DNA of 64,000 nucleotides. It comes from Candidatus Aenigmatarchaeota archaeon (GTDB lineage: Archaea; Aenigmatarchaeota; Aenigmatarchaeia; Aenigmatarchaeales; JACQIB01). Position numbers and translations under genes: made by a program. The notes below the pieces were generated by a model. The model was not told where the DNA came from. It saw only the letters and a list, made by a program, of their open reading frames with translations, and ran no database searches. The stretch covers positions 32,001-96,000 of the forward strand of contig JACQIB010000004.1 of NCBI GenBank assembly GCA_016198755.1, in the 5' to 3' direction. Within the stretch, counting starts at the first letter, position 1; each line of letters starts with the position of its first letter. Shown here one piece after another: positions 37,859 to 47,466 of this stretch.

Positions 37859-39069
37859 TTTCCATGGATGAATTTGATGTAATTATAGTAGGAGCAGGGC
37901 CTGCAGGTGCAAGCTGCGCGCGCCAAATTATGGAGAAGAACCCTTCTCTCAGTGTAATGATGTTTGATCGCAGAGAAGAGTTGGGAGTTCCAGTTAGGTG
38001 TGGGGAGGGGTTGGAGCAGGCTGCTGAGGATTATACAGGTCCAATACCCAAAAGGGCAATTTGCAAGTATATTAAAGGAGCAAGGGTTTATGCTCCGGAC
38101 GGAAGGTTTTTGGAAGCTGATATGACAAAGATGGCTGGGGGAAGGGGCGGATATGTTTTAGATAGAAAAGTTTTCGATAAGTGGCTTGCTTTCGAGGCAG
38201 TTAAAAAAGGGGCTACAGTTCAGTGTGATACCCTAATAACAGATTTGATTGTGGAGAATGGATGGATTCGCGGTGTTCGCGGAATAAACATGGGAAAGGA
38301 GATTGTAGCACGCGCTAAAGTTGTGGTTTGTTCCACTGGTGCTGAGAGCAGATTGGGAATGCAGTCAGGCTTAAAAACTTTCTGCAAAGCCCAGCTAGTG
38401 GATACTTGTGTTGAGTATGAAATGACAGGTTCTCTTGCAGACGAGGAATTTATTCATTTAATGCTGGGCTCGGATATAGCACCGAGAGGATACGCTTGGA
38501 TTTTTCCAAAAGGAGACGGGATTGCTAATGTTGGAGTTGGTGTAATACCTAGTCCGGATCCAATGAAAACAGCACTTATTTATCAGGAGAAGTTTTTGAA
38601 AAAGTATGCGCAGTTTTTTGATGGGAAAAGGAATATAATGGAAATTAAGGGTGGCATAGTTCCAGTAGGGGATTTAATGAAGGATATGGTTACAAATGGG
38701 TTCTTAGTTTGCGGGGAAGCAGCTCATCATGTGAATCCTATACACGGGGGAGGAATTAAAGAAGCTATAGTTTCAGGGCAGCTTGCAGGGGATGTTGTTG
38801 CAGGAGCTTTGGGAAAGAACGATTTCAGTAAACAAGGGTTAAGTTCATTTAACCCCCTCTGGTGGGAGGTTAGAGGGAATCATTTGAGAAATGTGGAAAA
38901 ATTAAGGGAGGTTTTTGAAAAATTCAGCGATAAAGATCTGAATGATTTGGTAGATGCTTTAACTCCTGAGGATTTGATAGACTTCAGCCGCGGGCAAAAA
39001 TTAGGAACTCTTGCAAAAATTTTGCTGCGCAAGCCCTCACTCATGTTTTTAGCAAAGAAACTTTTATAA
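37855..39069 (+). CDS. Digeranylgeranylglycerophospholipid reductase (GGR family)
   Basis: VGAGPAG, PVRCGEG, APRGYAWIFPKG..ANVGVG, NPIHGGGI. Confidence 0.88.
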   Translation: MISMDEFDVIIVGAGPAGASCARQIMEKNPSLSVMMFDRREELGVPVRCGEGLEQAAEDYTGPIPKRAICKYIKGARVYAPDGRFLEADMTKMAGGRGGYVLDRKVFDKWLAFEAVKKGATVQCDTLITDLIVENGWIRGVRGINMGKEIVARAKVVVCSTGAESRLGMQSGLKTFCKAQLVDTCVEYEMTGSLADEEFIHLMLGSDIAPRGYAWIFPKGDGIANVGVGVIPSPDPMKTALIYQEKFLKKYAQFFDGKRNIMEIKGGIVPVGDLMKDMVTNGFLVCGEAAHHVNPIHGGGIKEAIVSGQLAGDVVAGALGKNDFSKQGLSSFNPLWWEVRGNHLRNVEKLREVFEKFSDKDLNDLVDALTPEDLIDFSRGQKLGTLAKILLRKPSLMFLAKKLL

Positions 39070-39091
39070 CAGTTCCAACAACTCAGATTTC

Positions 39092-39826
39092 TTAGGCTTC
39101 TGCTTTTCCATAACGTGTAGTAAGCCAGTCAACATATTCAAAAGGATCAGCTAGCGGAGGGCGGTGCCTGAAAACAACAGGACTTTCCCTTAAAGATTTC
39201 TCTGCCTCCCCAAGCTGCTTTTCAGTGTTTATTGAAAGCCAGCGCCCCTTATACTTATGTTCTTTCAGCCTCACCTGCTTGAATGTGGTGGTTTCAAAAT
39301 CCCCGTTTTCAGGAAGTGGAATGCCACGCTGGAAAAGGTATATTCCAGTATTTGCCCATACATCAGGGAGAACAGGCTTCTGGTCAATTTTTATCCATTC
39401 ACCGTCTTCTCTGAAAACAATTCCATACTGTTGTGGAAATAGCGAAGATACGAGCGCATTATGCCCTGTACAAGCCTTTCCAAACTCAGCCAGATCCAAT
39501 TCAGAAAAAACATCATCCCCGTTTATAACAAAGAATTCCGTATCAGTTACATGATCCAAAGCTTTTCTCACAGCCCCCCCCGTTCCCAAAGGGTTTGTTT
39601 CAATTGAGTAAGTAAATTTTCCGTTTCCATAATAGTCTTTTATTATATCATTCCTGTAGCCAGCAGCTAAAATAACATGTCTTATACCTGCAGCATCCAT
39701 CATTTCCAGATGGTAATCAAGCAGTGGTCTCCCGCCAAGTGGTGCCATACACTTTGGTATTGTTTCTGTTAAGGGCCTCATTCTTTTTGCAAGCCCGCCG
39801 CATAGAACCACAGCTGTTTCTGGCAT
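39092..39826 (-). CDS. NDP-sugar pyrophosphorylase / nucleotidyltransferase
   Basis: LCGGLAKRMRPLTETIPK, E..PLGTGGA, INGDD. Confidence 0.88.
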   Translation of the reverse strand: MPETAVVLCGGLAKRMRPLTETIPKCMAPLGGRPLLDYHLEMMDAAGIRHVILAAGYRNDIIKDYYGNGKFTYSIETNPLGTGGAVRKALDHVTDTEFFVINGDDVFSELDLAEFGKACTGHNALVSSLFPQQYGIVFREDGEWIKIDQKPVLPDVWANTGIYLFQRGIPLPENGDFETTTFKQVRLKEHKYKGRWLSINTEKQLGEAEKSLRESPVVFRHRPPLADPFEYVDWLTTRYGKAEA

Positions 39827-39906
39827 GCGAACTATACTGCAAAAAGGGATTTAAGCCTTATGCACTTCTAAAAAAAGCTTATAAAGTTCTGTTACCCATT
39901 CCCAGT

Positions 39907-40194
39907 ATGGTAACAAAGCAGGATGTGGAAAAGGCTCTTAGGCAGGTATTTGATCCTGAGCTCAATGTGGATATAATGAGTTTGGAGCTTATCTATAATA
40001 TAGATGTGAAACAGGATAAGGTTAGCATACGAATGACTTTTACAAGTATAGGGTGTCCATATGGGCCTGAGCTGAAGAACGAAGTTTCAAGAAAGGTTAT
40101 GGATATCCCAGGGGTCAAGGGCGTGGATATAGATATTGTTTTTGACCCTCCATGGCAGCCCTCTGAGGCTGTAAAAGCAATGTTTGGGCTCTGA
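39907..40194 (+). CDS. Metal-sulfur cluster assembly factor (DUF59/SufT/PaaD-like)
   Basis: V-DPELNVDI--L-LIY, MTFTSIGCP, FDPPW; start at the internal ATG of the longer ORF. Confidence 0.9.
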   Translation: MVTKQDVEKALRQVFDPELNVDIMSLELIYNIDVKQDKVSIRMTFTSIGCPYGPELKNEVSRKVMDIPGVKGVDIDIVFDPPWQPSEAVKAMFGL

Positions 40195-40230
40195 TTCTGC
40201 AGGAGACAAATCTTTATATAGGACTAAAAT

Positions 40231-40265
40231 TCAATTAAAGTTGACTTTAAATCAATAAGAGTTGT
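40231..40265 (+). promoter_or_regulatory. Paired operator-like sites upstream of the wHTH-smc operon
   Basis: TCAATTAAAGTTGA (inverted TCAA/TTGA) and TCAATAAGAGTTGT 21 bp apart, between a TTTATATA box and the ATG. Confidence 0.5.
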
Positions 40266-40269
40266 TAAA

Positions 40270-40557
40270 ATGACAGATATACCCAATCTATTGGGCTCTG
40301 AATCAAGGGTAGCAATACTCAGAAAGCTATGTTCTACACCAGCTCAGGATTTTGCTGTTTCTGACCTTTCAGAAGAGCTTAAAATAGACAAAGCTCTGGT
40401 TTCCAGGCTTGTTAACGGCTTTCAAAAGGATGGACTTGTTCTTGTAAACAGGAGGAGGAACCTAAAATTATGCAAAATAAATCCTGAGAGTGCAACATAC
40501 CAGTTCCTGCGCAAAACATTTGAGAATGAGAAGCTTTTGGATGGTGGGAAAAAATGA
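40270..40557 (+). CDS. Winged-helix (ArsR/MarR-like) transcriptional regulator
   Basis: GSESRVAIL...VSDLSEELKIDKALVSRLV...GLV; ATGA overlap with smc. Confidence 0.75.
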   Translation: MTDIPNLLGSESRVAILRKLCSTPAQDFAVSDLSEELKIDKALVSRLVNGFQKDGLVLVNRRRNLKLCKINPESATYQFLRKTFENEKLLDGGKK

Positions 40558-43055
40558 CAAGGATAACAAAGCTGGAGGCTCAGGGATTCAAGTCTTTTGC
40601 AAAGAAAACATATTTAGAGTTCCCAAAGAACCTTACAATTATATGTGGTCCAAACGGATCTGGTAAAAGCAATGTTCTAGATTCGCTGGTTTTTGTTTTA
40701 GGCAGAACTTCAGCAAAAAGCATCAGGGCAGACAGGATTTCTGAAGTTATTTTCAACGGGGGAACAAAAGCCCAGCCTGCAGATCAGGCCCGCGTAACAA
40801 TAACATTTGACAACAAAGACAAGACATTCAAAGTGGATGCTCAGGAGATTGTGATTAGCAGGAGGGTTAACAGGAACGGGGTTTCAATTTACAAGTTAAA
40901 CGGGGAAACTTCAACGAGAGAAAGGATTCTGGAAATCCTGCGCGCTGCAAACGTCCATCCAGACGGGCACAACATAATACTGCAGGGGGATATTACAGAA
41001 ATTATTGAAATGAGCCCTTCAGAGAGAAGGGAAATTATAGATGAAGTTTCAGGTATAGCTGAGTTTGATGAGAAAAAGGAAAAGGCTGCGCGTGAGCTGC
41101 AGACAGTGGAAGAAAGGGTTAAAGAATCAGGAATAGTTCTGGAGGAGAGGAAAATACAGCTGGAAAAGCTTTCCAAAGAAAAGGAGGGTGCTGAAAAATA
41201 CAACAAGTTTACCGCTGAATTAGACAGGCTGCGTGCAAGCCTTGGAACAAAGAGGCTTGCAGAGGCTGAAGAGGCATTTTCATCCCTGCAAAAGAAAATA
41301 ACAGAAAGGGAAGTGGAAACAAAAGCTGCGTTGAAGGATTTGGATTCTATAGACAAGGATTTTGGAAAAGCAGAGAAGAAGATGGAGGATGTTAACAAGA
41401 AGCTTATAGACAGGAGCGCTGCCTTTGCAACTGTTAAGGAAGCTGAGAAATTAAGGGCAGAAATCTCCGGAAAGCGTTTGCGCATTGATTCGGGTGCAGC
41501 AGAGATCCGCAGGCTGGATGATCTTGTAGAGCATTTGCAATATTTAAAACAAAAGCAGCTGGAAGAATCTGCTTCAGCAGCAGTCCAGTCTGTCCTGAAG
41601 CTTGGGAAAGCAGGTGTTTATGGAACAATAGCAACCCTATCCAAAGTTTCCCAGCAGTACCAGACAGCAATAGAAGTCGCAGCAGGTTCCCATATGCACG
41701 ATATTGTTGTGGATAATGCTGAGAAGGCTGTTGAATGTGTAAATCATCTAAAGAAAAACAGGATTGGACGCGCAACTTTCCTTCCACTGGACAAAATAAG
41801 GGAGCGCATAGCAGACAAAAAACTTTTAAATAAGGAAGGTGTTGTGGGTGTTGCAATAGATTTGGTAGAGTTTGATAAGAGATATTGGCATGCATTTTCC
41901 CATATTTTCGGAGATACAATTGTTGTGGATAAAATTGAAACAGCAAAGAGAATAGGTATTGGGGAGGCAAGGTTTGTAACATTAGACGGGGATTTGATAG
42001 AAAAAAGCGGTGCAATAATTGGCGGTTTTTACAGGACAGACAGGGGGACTATACTGGCTGCAGAGGATATTGGAAAATATGAAAAGCAGAGGGAGGCTTT
42101 GAAGGCTGAAATTAAAAGTTTTGAAACAGAACTTATACAGGCTGAAAAAAGGCTTTCAGATATACAGAAAAGAGAAGCTGAGGAGAGTGTAGAGGCAATT
42201 AAACTGCAGAAGGAAAGGGAGGAACTGGAGAAAAGTTTGCAGGAACAGAGACTGAAAAGGAAAGATATAGCGGAGAATAAGCTGACTGCAGAGGAGGAAT
42301 TAAACAGGCTGAAAATAAACAGAGCTAGGTTGGAAGCTGAATTGGAAAATGTGAAATCTGAGTTTGCAGAATTTATAGGAAAGGGCAAACCTGCTCCATA
42401 TTCAGACCAGCCTCCAGCACAATTGCAGGCAAAAATCCGCGACACTCTAACTTCAATCCAGTTACTAGGTCCAATAAATCAGCGTGCTTTGCAGGAGTTT
42501 GAGGAACTATCAGTTGTTTACAGGGAACTGAAAGAAAGGGTAGATAAACTTACAGATGAGAGGGACAAAATATTGACTGTAATAGCAGAGGTTGAGGGAA
42601 AAAGGAAGGAAAGCTTTAGAAAAACACTTACTGCAGTCTCAGAGCAGTTCAGGCTAGTTTTCCATGATCTTACCGGAGGGAGAGGGGATCTTAGATTGGA
42701 AGGGGATAATCTGGAGGAGGCTGGGCTAATAATAGAGGCAAGCCCCCCAGGAAGGAGAGTGCTGAATATAGATGCAACTTCAGGCGGAGAAAAAACCCTT
42801 ATTGCTCTGGCTTTTCTTTTTGCAATACAGCGTTTCCGTCCTGCCCCATTCTATATACTGGATGAAATTGATGCTGCGTTAGACAAGCCAAACACTAAAA
42901 AAGTTACAGAATTCCTGAAAAAGAACTCTGCCACAGCCCAGTTCATAATAATCTCCCACAACGATACAACAATACAGGTAGGTGATTGTGTATACGGTGT
43001 TTCCATGCAGGAGGGTGAATCAAAGGTTGTCGGGATAAAAATGCCGGAGGCTTGA
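40554..43055 (+). CDS. smc: Chromosome segregation protein SMC (short-armed, 833 aa)
   Basis: GFKSF, GPNGSGKSN, ILQGD, hinge GRATFLPL/G..IGG, SGGEK, PAPFYILDEIDAALD, ISH. Confidence 0.95.
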   Translation: MTRITKLEAQGFKSFAKKTYLEFPKNLTIICGPNGSGKSNVLDSLVFVLGRTSAKSIRADRISEVIFNGGTKAQPADQARVTITFDNKDKTFKVDAQEIVISRRVNRNGVSIYKLNGETSTRERILEILRAANVHPDGHNIILQGDITEIIEMSPSERREIIDEVSGIAEFDEKKEKAARELQTVEERVKESGIVLEERKIQLEKLSKEKEGAEKYNKFTAELDRLRASLGTKRLAEAEEAFSSLQKKITEREVETKAALKDLDSIDKDFGKAEKKMEDVNKKLIDRSAAFATVKEAEKLRAEISGKRLRIDSGAAEIRRLDDLVEHLQYLKQKQLEESASAAVQSVLKLGKAGVYGTIATLSKVSQQYQTAIEVAAGSHMHDIVVDNAEKAVECVNHLKKNRIGRATFLPLDKIRERIADKKLLNKEGVVGVAIDLVEFDKRYWHAFSHIFGDTIVVDKIETAKRIGIGEARFVTLDGDLIEKSGAIIGGFYRTDRGTILAAEDIGKYEKQREALKAEIKSFETELIQAEKRLSDIQKREAEESVEAIKLQKEREELEKSLQEQRLKRKDIAENKLTAEEELNRLKINRARLEAELENVKSEFAEFIGKGKPAPYSDQPPAQLQAKIRDTLTSIQLLGPINQRALQEFEELSVVYRELKERVDKLTDERDKILTVIAEVEGKRKESFRKTLTAVSEQFRLVFHDLTGGRGDLRLEGDNLEEAGLIIEASPPGRRVLNIDATSGGEKTLIALAFLFAIQRFRPAPFYILDEIDAALDKPNTKKVTEFLKKNSATAQFIIISHNDTTIQVGDCVYGVSMQEGESKVVGIKMPEA

Positions 43056-43759
43056 AAATGTTAACAGATAATGATATGATAACATTGGTTGTGAATGAAC
43101 CCAGCTGGGAGGATGTTATTTTAAAAATTGTTGCTGAGGAAGGGATGGATCCATGGGCAGTGGATTTGATTAAGCTGGCAGATGCTTTTAATGTATATTT
43201 GCAAAAGATAGGGGAGATGGATCTTAGAGTTCCGGCGCGTTTTATTCTAATTGCAGCGATTTTGCTGAGAATGAAATCTGATATTTTTGCTGCCAAAAAA
43301 CTACGAACAGTTTTATCAGATTCTGAAAAGCCCCCTGATCCTATGTTAAAAATTTTGGCTGAAGTACCCCCATTACAGCCCCCACTCAAGAGAATTCCTC
43401 TGGGTTCAGTAACAGTAGATGAGCTTATATCAGCACTGAAAAAAGCCTTTGAGGTAAAGGAAAGGAGGACAATAAGAAAAGACAGGCTGCGCAGGGCAGT
43501 TGCCCAAGTACTGCCTGTGGATCAGGAAGATATAACAGACAGGATAGAAAAATTATATTCCCAGATAAATTCTTACTTAACAGAACTTCAGTGTTCTGTT
43601 GAGTTTTCAAAACTTGTTAAAACATGGGAACGCAGGAGTATAGTCAGGACTTTATTACCCCTTTTACACTTAACTCAGGAGGGAAAGGTAGATTACAGGC
43701 AGGAGCAGGTCTGGGGAGAAATTATAGTGGAGGGGAAAAAGAATGAAAGTAAAGCCTAA
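43052..43759 (+). CDS. scpA: Kleisin ScpA
   Basis: MDPWAVDL..LAD, AAILLRMKS, LPLLHL..EGKV...QE..GEI. Confidence 0.9.
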   Translation: MKMLTDNDMITLVVNEPSWEDVILKIVAEEGMDPWAVDLIKLADAFNVYLQKIGEMDLRVPARFILIAAILLRMKSDIFAAKKLRTVLSDSEKPPDPMLKILAEVPPLQPPLKRIPLGSVTVDELISALKKAFEVKERRTIRKDRLRRAVAQVLPVDQEDITDRIEKLYSQINSYLTELQCSVEFSKLVKTWERRSIVRTLLPLLHLTQEGKVDYRQEQVWGEIIVEGKKNESKA

Positions 43760-44177
43760 CAGGCTTGGGGCAGCTGATATAATAATACAGAAGCCGGGAA
43801 AAATAGTTTTGCTGAAGAGCGCTGTTGGCAGCTTTAAAGGAAAATGGGAAATACCTGGAGGCAAAATGGATAAGGGGGAAGCTGTTGAAAAAACGGCTGT
43901 GCGCGAGGCTTTTGAGGAGACAGGATTAAGAGTAAAGATTATAGCTCTGCTAGGCGTTTATTCTGACCCGCGGCGCGACCCGCGCTGCCCTTCAATGTCA
44001 GCAGCCTTTATAACAAAGCCTGTGGGGGGAAAGCTTAGAGGAAGCGGGGAGGGTGAGGTTTTCTGGGTTGGTATTTCAAAAATAAATAGGCTGAAATTCG
44101 GATATGACCATAAGAAAATACTGAAGGACTACAAAAAATGGCTTTCGCGCGGCGGAACTTACTGGAGTGGGAGATAA
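43743..44177 (+). CDS. NUDIX hydrolase
   Basis: PGGKMDKGE...AVREAFEETGL Nudix box; YSDP-RDPR. Confidence 0.9.
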   Translation: MKVKPNRLGAADIIIQKPGKIVLLKSAVGSFKGKWEIPGGKMDKGEAVEKTAVREAFEETGLRVKIIALLGVYSDPRRDPRCPSMSAAFITKPVGGKLRGSGEGEVFWVGISKINRLKFGYDHKKILKDYKKWLSRGGTYWSGR

Positions 44178-44699
44178 ATGGTACAAAATAAAAAGGCTGT
44201 TATAGAGGCTGTTTTGTTTATGAGCAGCGAGCCTGTATCTTTTGAAAAGATCCTGAAACTTTTGCATACCCAGAAAGTAGAGGAAGTAGCAGGAATACTC
44301 AAAAATATGCAGGAGGAGCTGAAGAAGGAGGAACATGGAATACATTTGATTGAAACAAAGGAAGGTTGGGTTTTGAAAGTAAAGGCAGACTACCAGAACC
44401 TTGTCAGGCCTTTAACTCCCTATCAGGATTTGAGCAGAGGTTTGCTGAAAGTTCTGGCTCTGGTTGCTTACAAGCAGCCAATAACACAGTCTGAGATTGT
44501 AAAGGTTATAGGAAACAGGACCTATGAATACGTGAAAATACTGCAGGAGAAAGGATTGATTAATACAATTAAAACAGGTAGAACAAAAGCCCTTGTTGCA
44601 ACAAAAGAGTTTGCAGAATATTTCGGTCTGGAAACACCAGAGGATGCAAAAAAACTTTTCGAATCCCTTCCTTTAACAAAAGAAAAACAGGAAGCTTAA
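44178..44699 (+). CDS. scpB: ScpB (KITE)
   Basis: IEAVLF-S-EP, LALVAYKQPITQSEI, TKEFAEYFGL. Confidence 0.93.
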   Translation: MVQNKKAVIEAVLFMSSEPVSFEKILKLLHTQKVEEVAGILKNMQEELKKEEHGIHLIETKEGWVLKVKADYQNLVRPLTPYQDLSRGLLKVLALVAYKQPITQSEIVKVIGNRTYEYVKILQEKGLINTIKTGRTKALVATKEFAEYFGLETPEDAKKLFESLPLTKEKQEA

Positions 44700-45175
44700 G
44701 CCTTTCCTGGAGGAGTTACACTCTGTATTTGCCCAACAAGCTTTCCTGTATTATCATAGAAAGCTATTGTATCTATCCCATTTCCCAAATCTCTGTATAA
44801 AGAGAGGCTGCCATCCACGCTCATCGTTCCATTAATGCATGTTGAACAGCCTAAACCAGCCACTTTCTTTAGCGTAATCTCAAGTACACTTCCCTGAACA
44901 GTATATTCTGCCTTTATATCATCACACATAGAATCAACTGCAACATATCCCTTTATGGAAAAATCTTTTATACTCAACCCATCTTTTCCTACAGCAGGCA
45001 GAATGCTTATTCTTGTTTCAGGGTTCTTTAAATCACATGATGGAACACCCTGATGGAGCTCAAAGTTCTTTACTGTAAGATTACCCGTATATTCAGGCTC
45101 CTGTCCTACACAGCCTGAAGCAGCTATTGCTACAGTCAGAGTTAAAATGCCCATCAAAACCACAACCCATTTCAT
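44696..45175 (-). CDS. Putative lipoprotein
   Basis: Hydrophobic N-terminus ending AASGC (archaeal lipobox). Confidence 0.65.
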   Translation of the reverse strand: MKWVVVLMGILTLTVAIAASGCVGQEPEYTGNLTVKNFELHQGVPSCDLKNPETRISILPAVGKDGLSIKDFSIKGYVAVDSMCDDIKAEYTVQGSVLEITLKKVAGLGCSTCINGTMSVDGSLSLYRDLGNGIDTIAFYDNTGKLVGQIQSVTPPGKA

Positions 45176-45210
45176 TCCCCTATCTACCTCTGCACAAGAA
45201 TTTAAACTTT

Positions 45211-45666
45211 CTATATGCGTTTCCTATACCTTATTCCAATGGGCCTGAACTTAAGTTTCCTATAGAATGTATTTGCTTTTTTGTTTGCCAAGTAAGTATT
45301 CAGTGAAACTGTTTTGCACCCCTGTTTTTTGAACCATTTTATGAGCTCTGTTGTTAAAGCCTTCCCAACACCTCCGCCCCTGAAAGGCCTGCTTACATAG
45401 AGCGTATCAATATAACCTTCCTTGTATTTTGCACCAATAACAACATACCCATTGGCAAATCCAATAACTTTCCCTTCTTCAGCTACCAGAAACCTGCCCT
45501 TAGTACGCAAAAGTTTTCTGATAGATACAATACTTCTTTTCTCTTCCCAATTTTCCTGCATATACCTAATTTCCCCGTCAAACAAGCCAAGTTCATACTT
45601 TCGCAGCTCATCAAAGAAGTATTTTATTGTTTTTGCATCAGTTTGCTTTGCAGTCCTTATTATCAT
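45211..45666 (-). CDS. GNAT N-acetyltransferase
   Basis: LYVSRPFRGGGVGKAL, N..A..FYRKLKF. Confidence 0.9.
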   Translation of the reverse strand: MIIRTAKQTDAKTIKYFFDELRKYELGLFDGEIRYMQENWEEKRSIVSIRKLLRTKGRFLVAEEGKVIGFANGYVVIGAKYKEGYIDTLYVSRPFRGGGVGKALTTELIKWFKKQGCKTVSLNTYLANKKANTFYRKLKFRPIGIRYRKRI

Positions 45667-45730
45667 GTTAATATTTGCAGTTTCTGGATTAAAAATAAGA
45701 CTTATTTAGTACCCAGCATAAACATTTTTC

Positions 45731-47152
45731 ATGGTTTCTGCAGCAGCAATAGGGAAATTGGGGGGGGAAGAGTTCTACAGATTTTATAAGAGAATTGTTG
45801 AAACAGATACAACAAACATGGAGGATATTTCCCGCGGGATAGTTTTAAAGAAAAACTATATAAAATGCTCAAAAATAATTGCTGCCCAATGCAGGTCCCT
45901 TGGAATGGAAACAACTATTTTCGAGCCAGTTCGGGAAAAAATCTTCAAACCTATAGACAAGAAACCCCGCCCAAATGTTATAGCAGATATTGACAATGGA
46001 AAGAAAAAAACAGTCCTTATTTTATCCCACTATGATGTTGTACCAGTTCCAAAAACACAGAAGTGGAACACAAATCCATTCAAGCTGGTTTTTAAGAACG
46101 GAAAGTTCTTTGCTAGAGGCTCTAGTGATGATAAGGGTTCAGGCGTTCTCTGTACACTTGCTGCACTCTCTGAGATGGAAAATATACCTGTAAATGTGCG
46201 CGCGATTTTTGCGTGCGATGAAGAAACACAGGGATCTGGAGGGTTGGAATCAATAAAAATCCATGATAGACTGAATCCAAAGGACAAAATTTTAGCAGGA
46301 GATTTGGCACTTCTGCCAGATGGAGATCCGCACGTTTCAGGCGGGAGCAGCGGGGTTGTTTTTGGGGATATAGAGTTTAACGGAAACTTCCCGGTTTTCT
46401 TGAAATTTCTAAAGAATTTGATAGCCTATAAGCAAGTCAGGGAGAAAATGAACTCTGTTTTATCAGCTCCGGACTGGCCCAGCTCTCCCAGCAGAAAAAT
46501 AACAGGCCGCTTTACAGTTACAAAACTGTTCTGGGCATCAAAAAAGGCAAAACTTAGCAGCGGCGGCAATTCAAACAACACAATTCCAGATATGGTTTTG
46601 GGAAAGATAGGCTCTGGAAAAATAGAAATTCTTGGAAAAGGAGGGCACGCAGGCTTACCTCACTGTTTCAAGAATCCAATAGAGCTTTCTATCCCTGTTA
46701 TGGAAGAGCTAAAAATAGCTGAATCAGGAACAGGAAGAATAGGATTTGATATGCGGTTAATACCAGAGGAAGACCCAAACAAAGCTTTCAGGAAGTTTTT
46801 AGGCTTTTACAGGAGCATTAAACCCAGTGGAGCAAAATTAACAGCTCCTCCAGAGAGAAGAAAACACGGCTATTTTTTAAAACCAAAAGATCCTGCTGTA
46901 GTTTTATTGAAAAAATCTTTCGAATCTGTAACAGGCAAAAAACACAAAGTTCTGGGTGACTATGGAGGTTCTGATGCAACTAGTTTTATTGGTTTAAAAA
47001 CCCCAGATGGAAAGCCCCTGAAAGCTTTATTGTTCGGTTCAGAGGGAAAGGGAACAAATATTCACGGAGCAAATGAAAACGCTCCCCCATCAGCACTAAG
47101 GAAGAATATGGAAATTATAAAATGGCTTCTCAGGAACTCCCAGTTTCTTTGA
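45731..47152 (+). CDS. M20/M25/M40 metallo-hydrolase (ArgE/DapE-like)
   Basis: SHYDVVP, RGSSDDKG, DEE, GGSDA, IHGANE. Confidence 0.85.
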   Translation: MVSAAAIGKLGGEEFYRFYKRIVETDTTNMEDISRGIVLKKNYIKCSKIIAAQCRSLGMETTIFEPVREKIFKPIDKKPRPNVIADIDNGKKKTVLILSHYDVVPVPKTQKWNTNPFKLVFKNGKFFARGSSDDKGSGVLCTLAALSEMENIPVNVRAIFACDEETQGSGGLESIKIHDRLNPKDKILAGDLALLPDGDPHVSGGSSGVVFGDIEFNGNFPVFLKFLKNLIAYKQVREKMNSVLSAPDWPSSPSRKITGRFTVTKLFWASKKAKLSSGGNSNNTIPDMVLGKIGSGKIEILGKGGHAGLPHCFKNPIELSIPVMEELKIAESGTGRIGFDMRLIPEEDPNKAFRKFLGFYRSIKPSGAKLTAPPERRKHGYFLKPKDPAVVLLKKSFESVTGKKHKVLGDYGGSDATSFIGLKTPDGKPLKALLFGSEGKGTNIHGANENAPPSALRKNMEIIKWLLRNSQFL

Positions 47153-47414
47153 TTTTCTTTGCTCTATCTTCCATTATTTTCTTTGTTTCTCCCTGCAGCT
47201 CAGAAGCCTCAGAATGTATAGAACCCACACCGCCTCTTGCCAACCAAACAGAATTTTCCAGTGGCTCAAACAGTTCTTTCGGATCCCCGCTTACAGGACA
47301 GCACCAGTCCTCAGGAACATTATCCCATTTTGTGCCAGCAGCAATATTCTCTTCTTTCCTTCCTTGCTCTTCATCATAGACAAACCCGCAACCCACACAA
47401 ACCATTTTTGCCAT
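47130..47414 (-). CDS. Rubredoxin-like protein with C-terminal extension
   Basis: CVGCGFVYD...GT-W--VPEDW-CPV. Confidence 0.8.
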   Translation of the reverse strand: MAKMVCVGCGFVYDEEQGRKEENIAAGTKWDNVPEDWCCPVSGDPKELFEPLENSVWLARGGVGSIHSEASELQGETKKIMEDRAKKIKETGSS

Positions 47415-47466
47415 CTGAAGCCTTTAGGGCGCAGGCTTTTAAAGCTTTCCAGCCAACAAAATTGTT

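Noticed and set aside
39724-39906. N-terminal extension of the 156-aa ORF
   Set aside because: Overlaps the divergent nucleotidyltransferase gene; DUF59 homology starts at ATG 39907
40889-42445. Long minus-strand ORFs inside smc
   Set aside because: Antisense shadows of the coiled-coil coding sequence
40270-44699. Wadjet/MksBEF defence interpretation of the SMC operon
   Set aside because: Canonical Smc hinge and ScpA/ScpB motifs, and no JetD/Toprim gene
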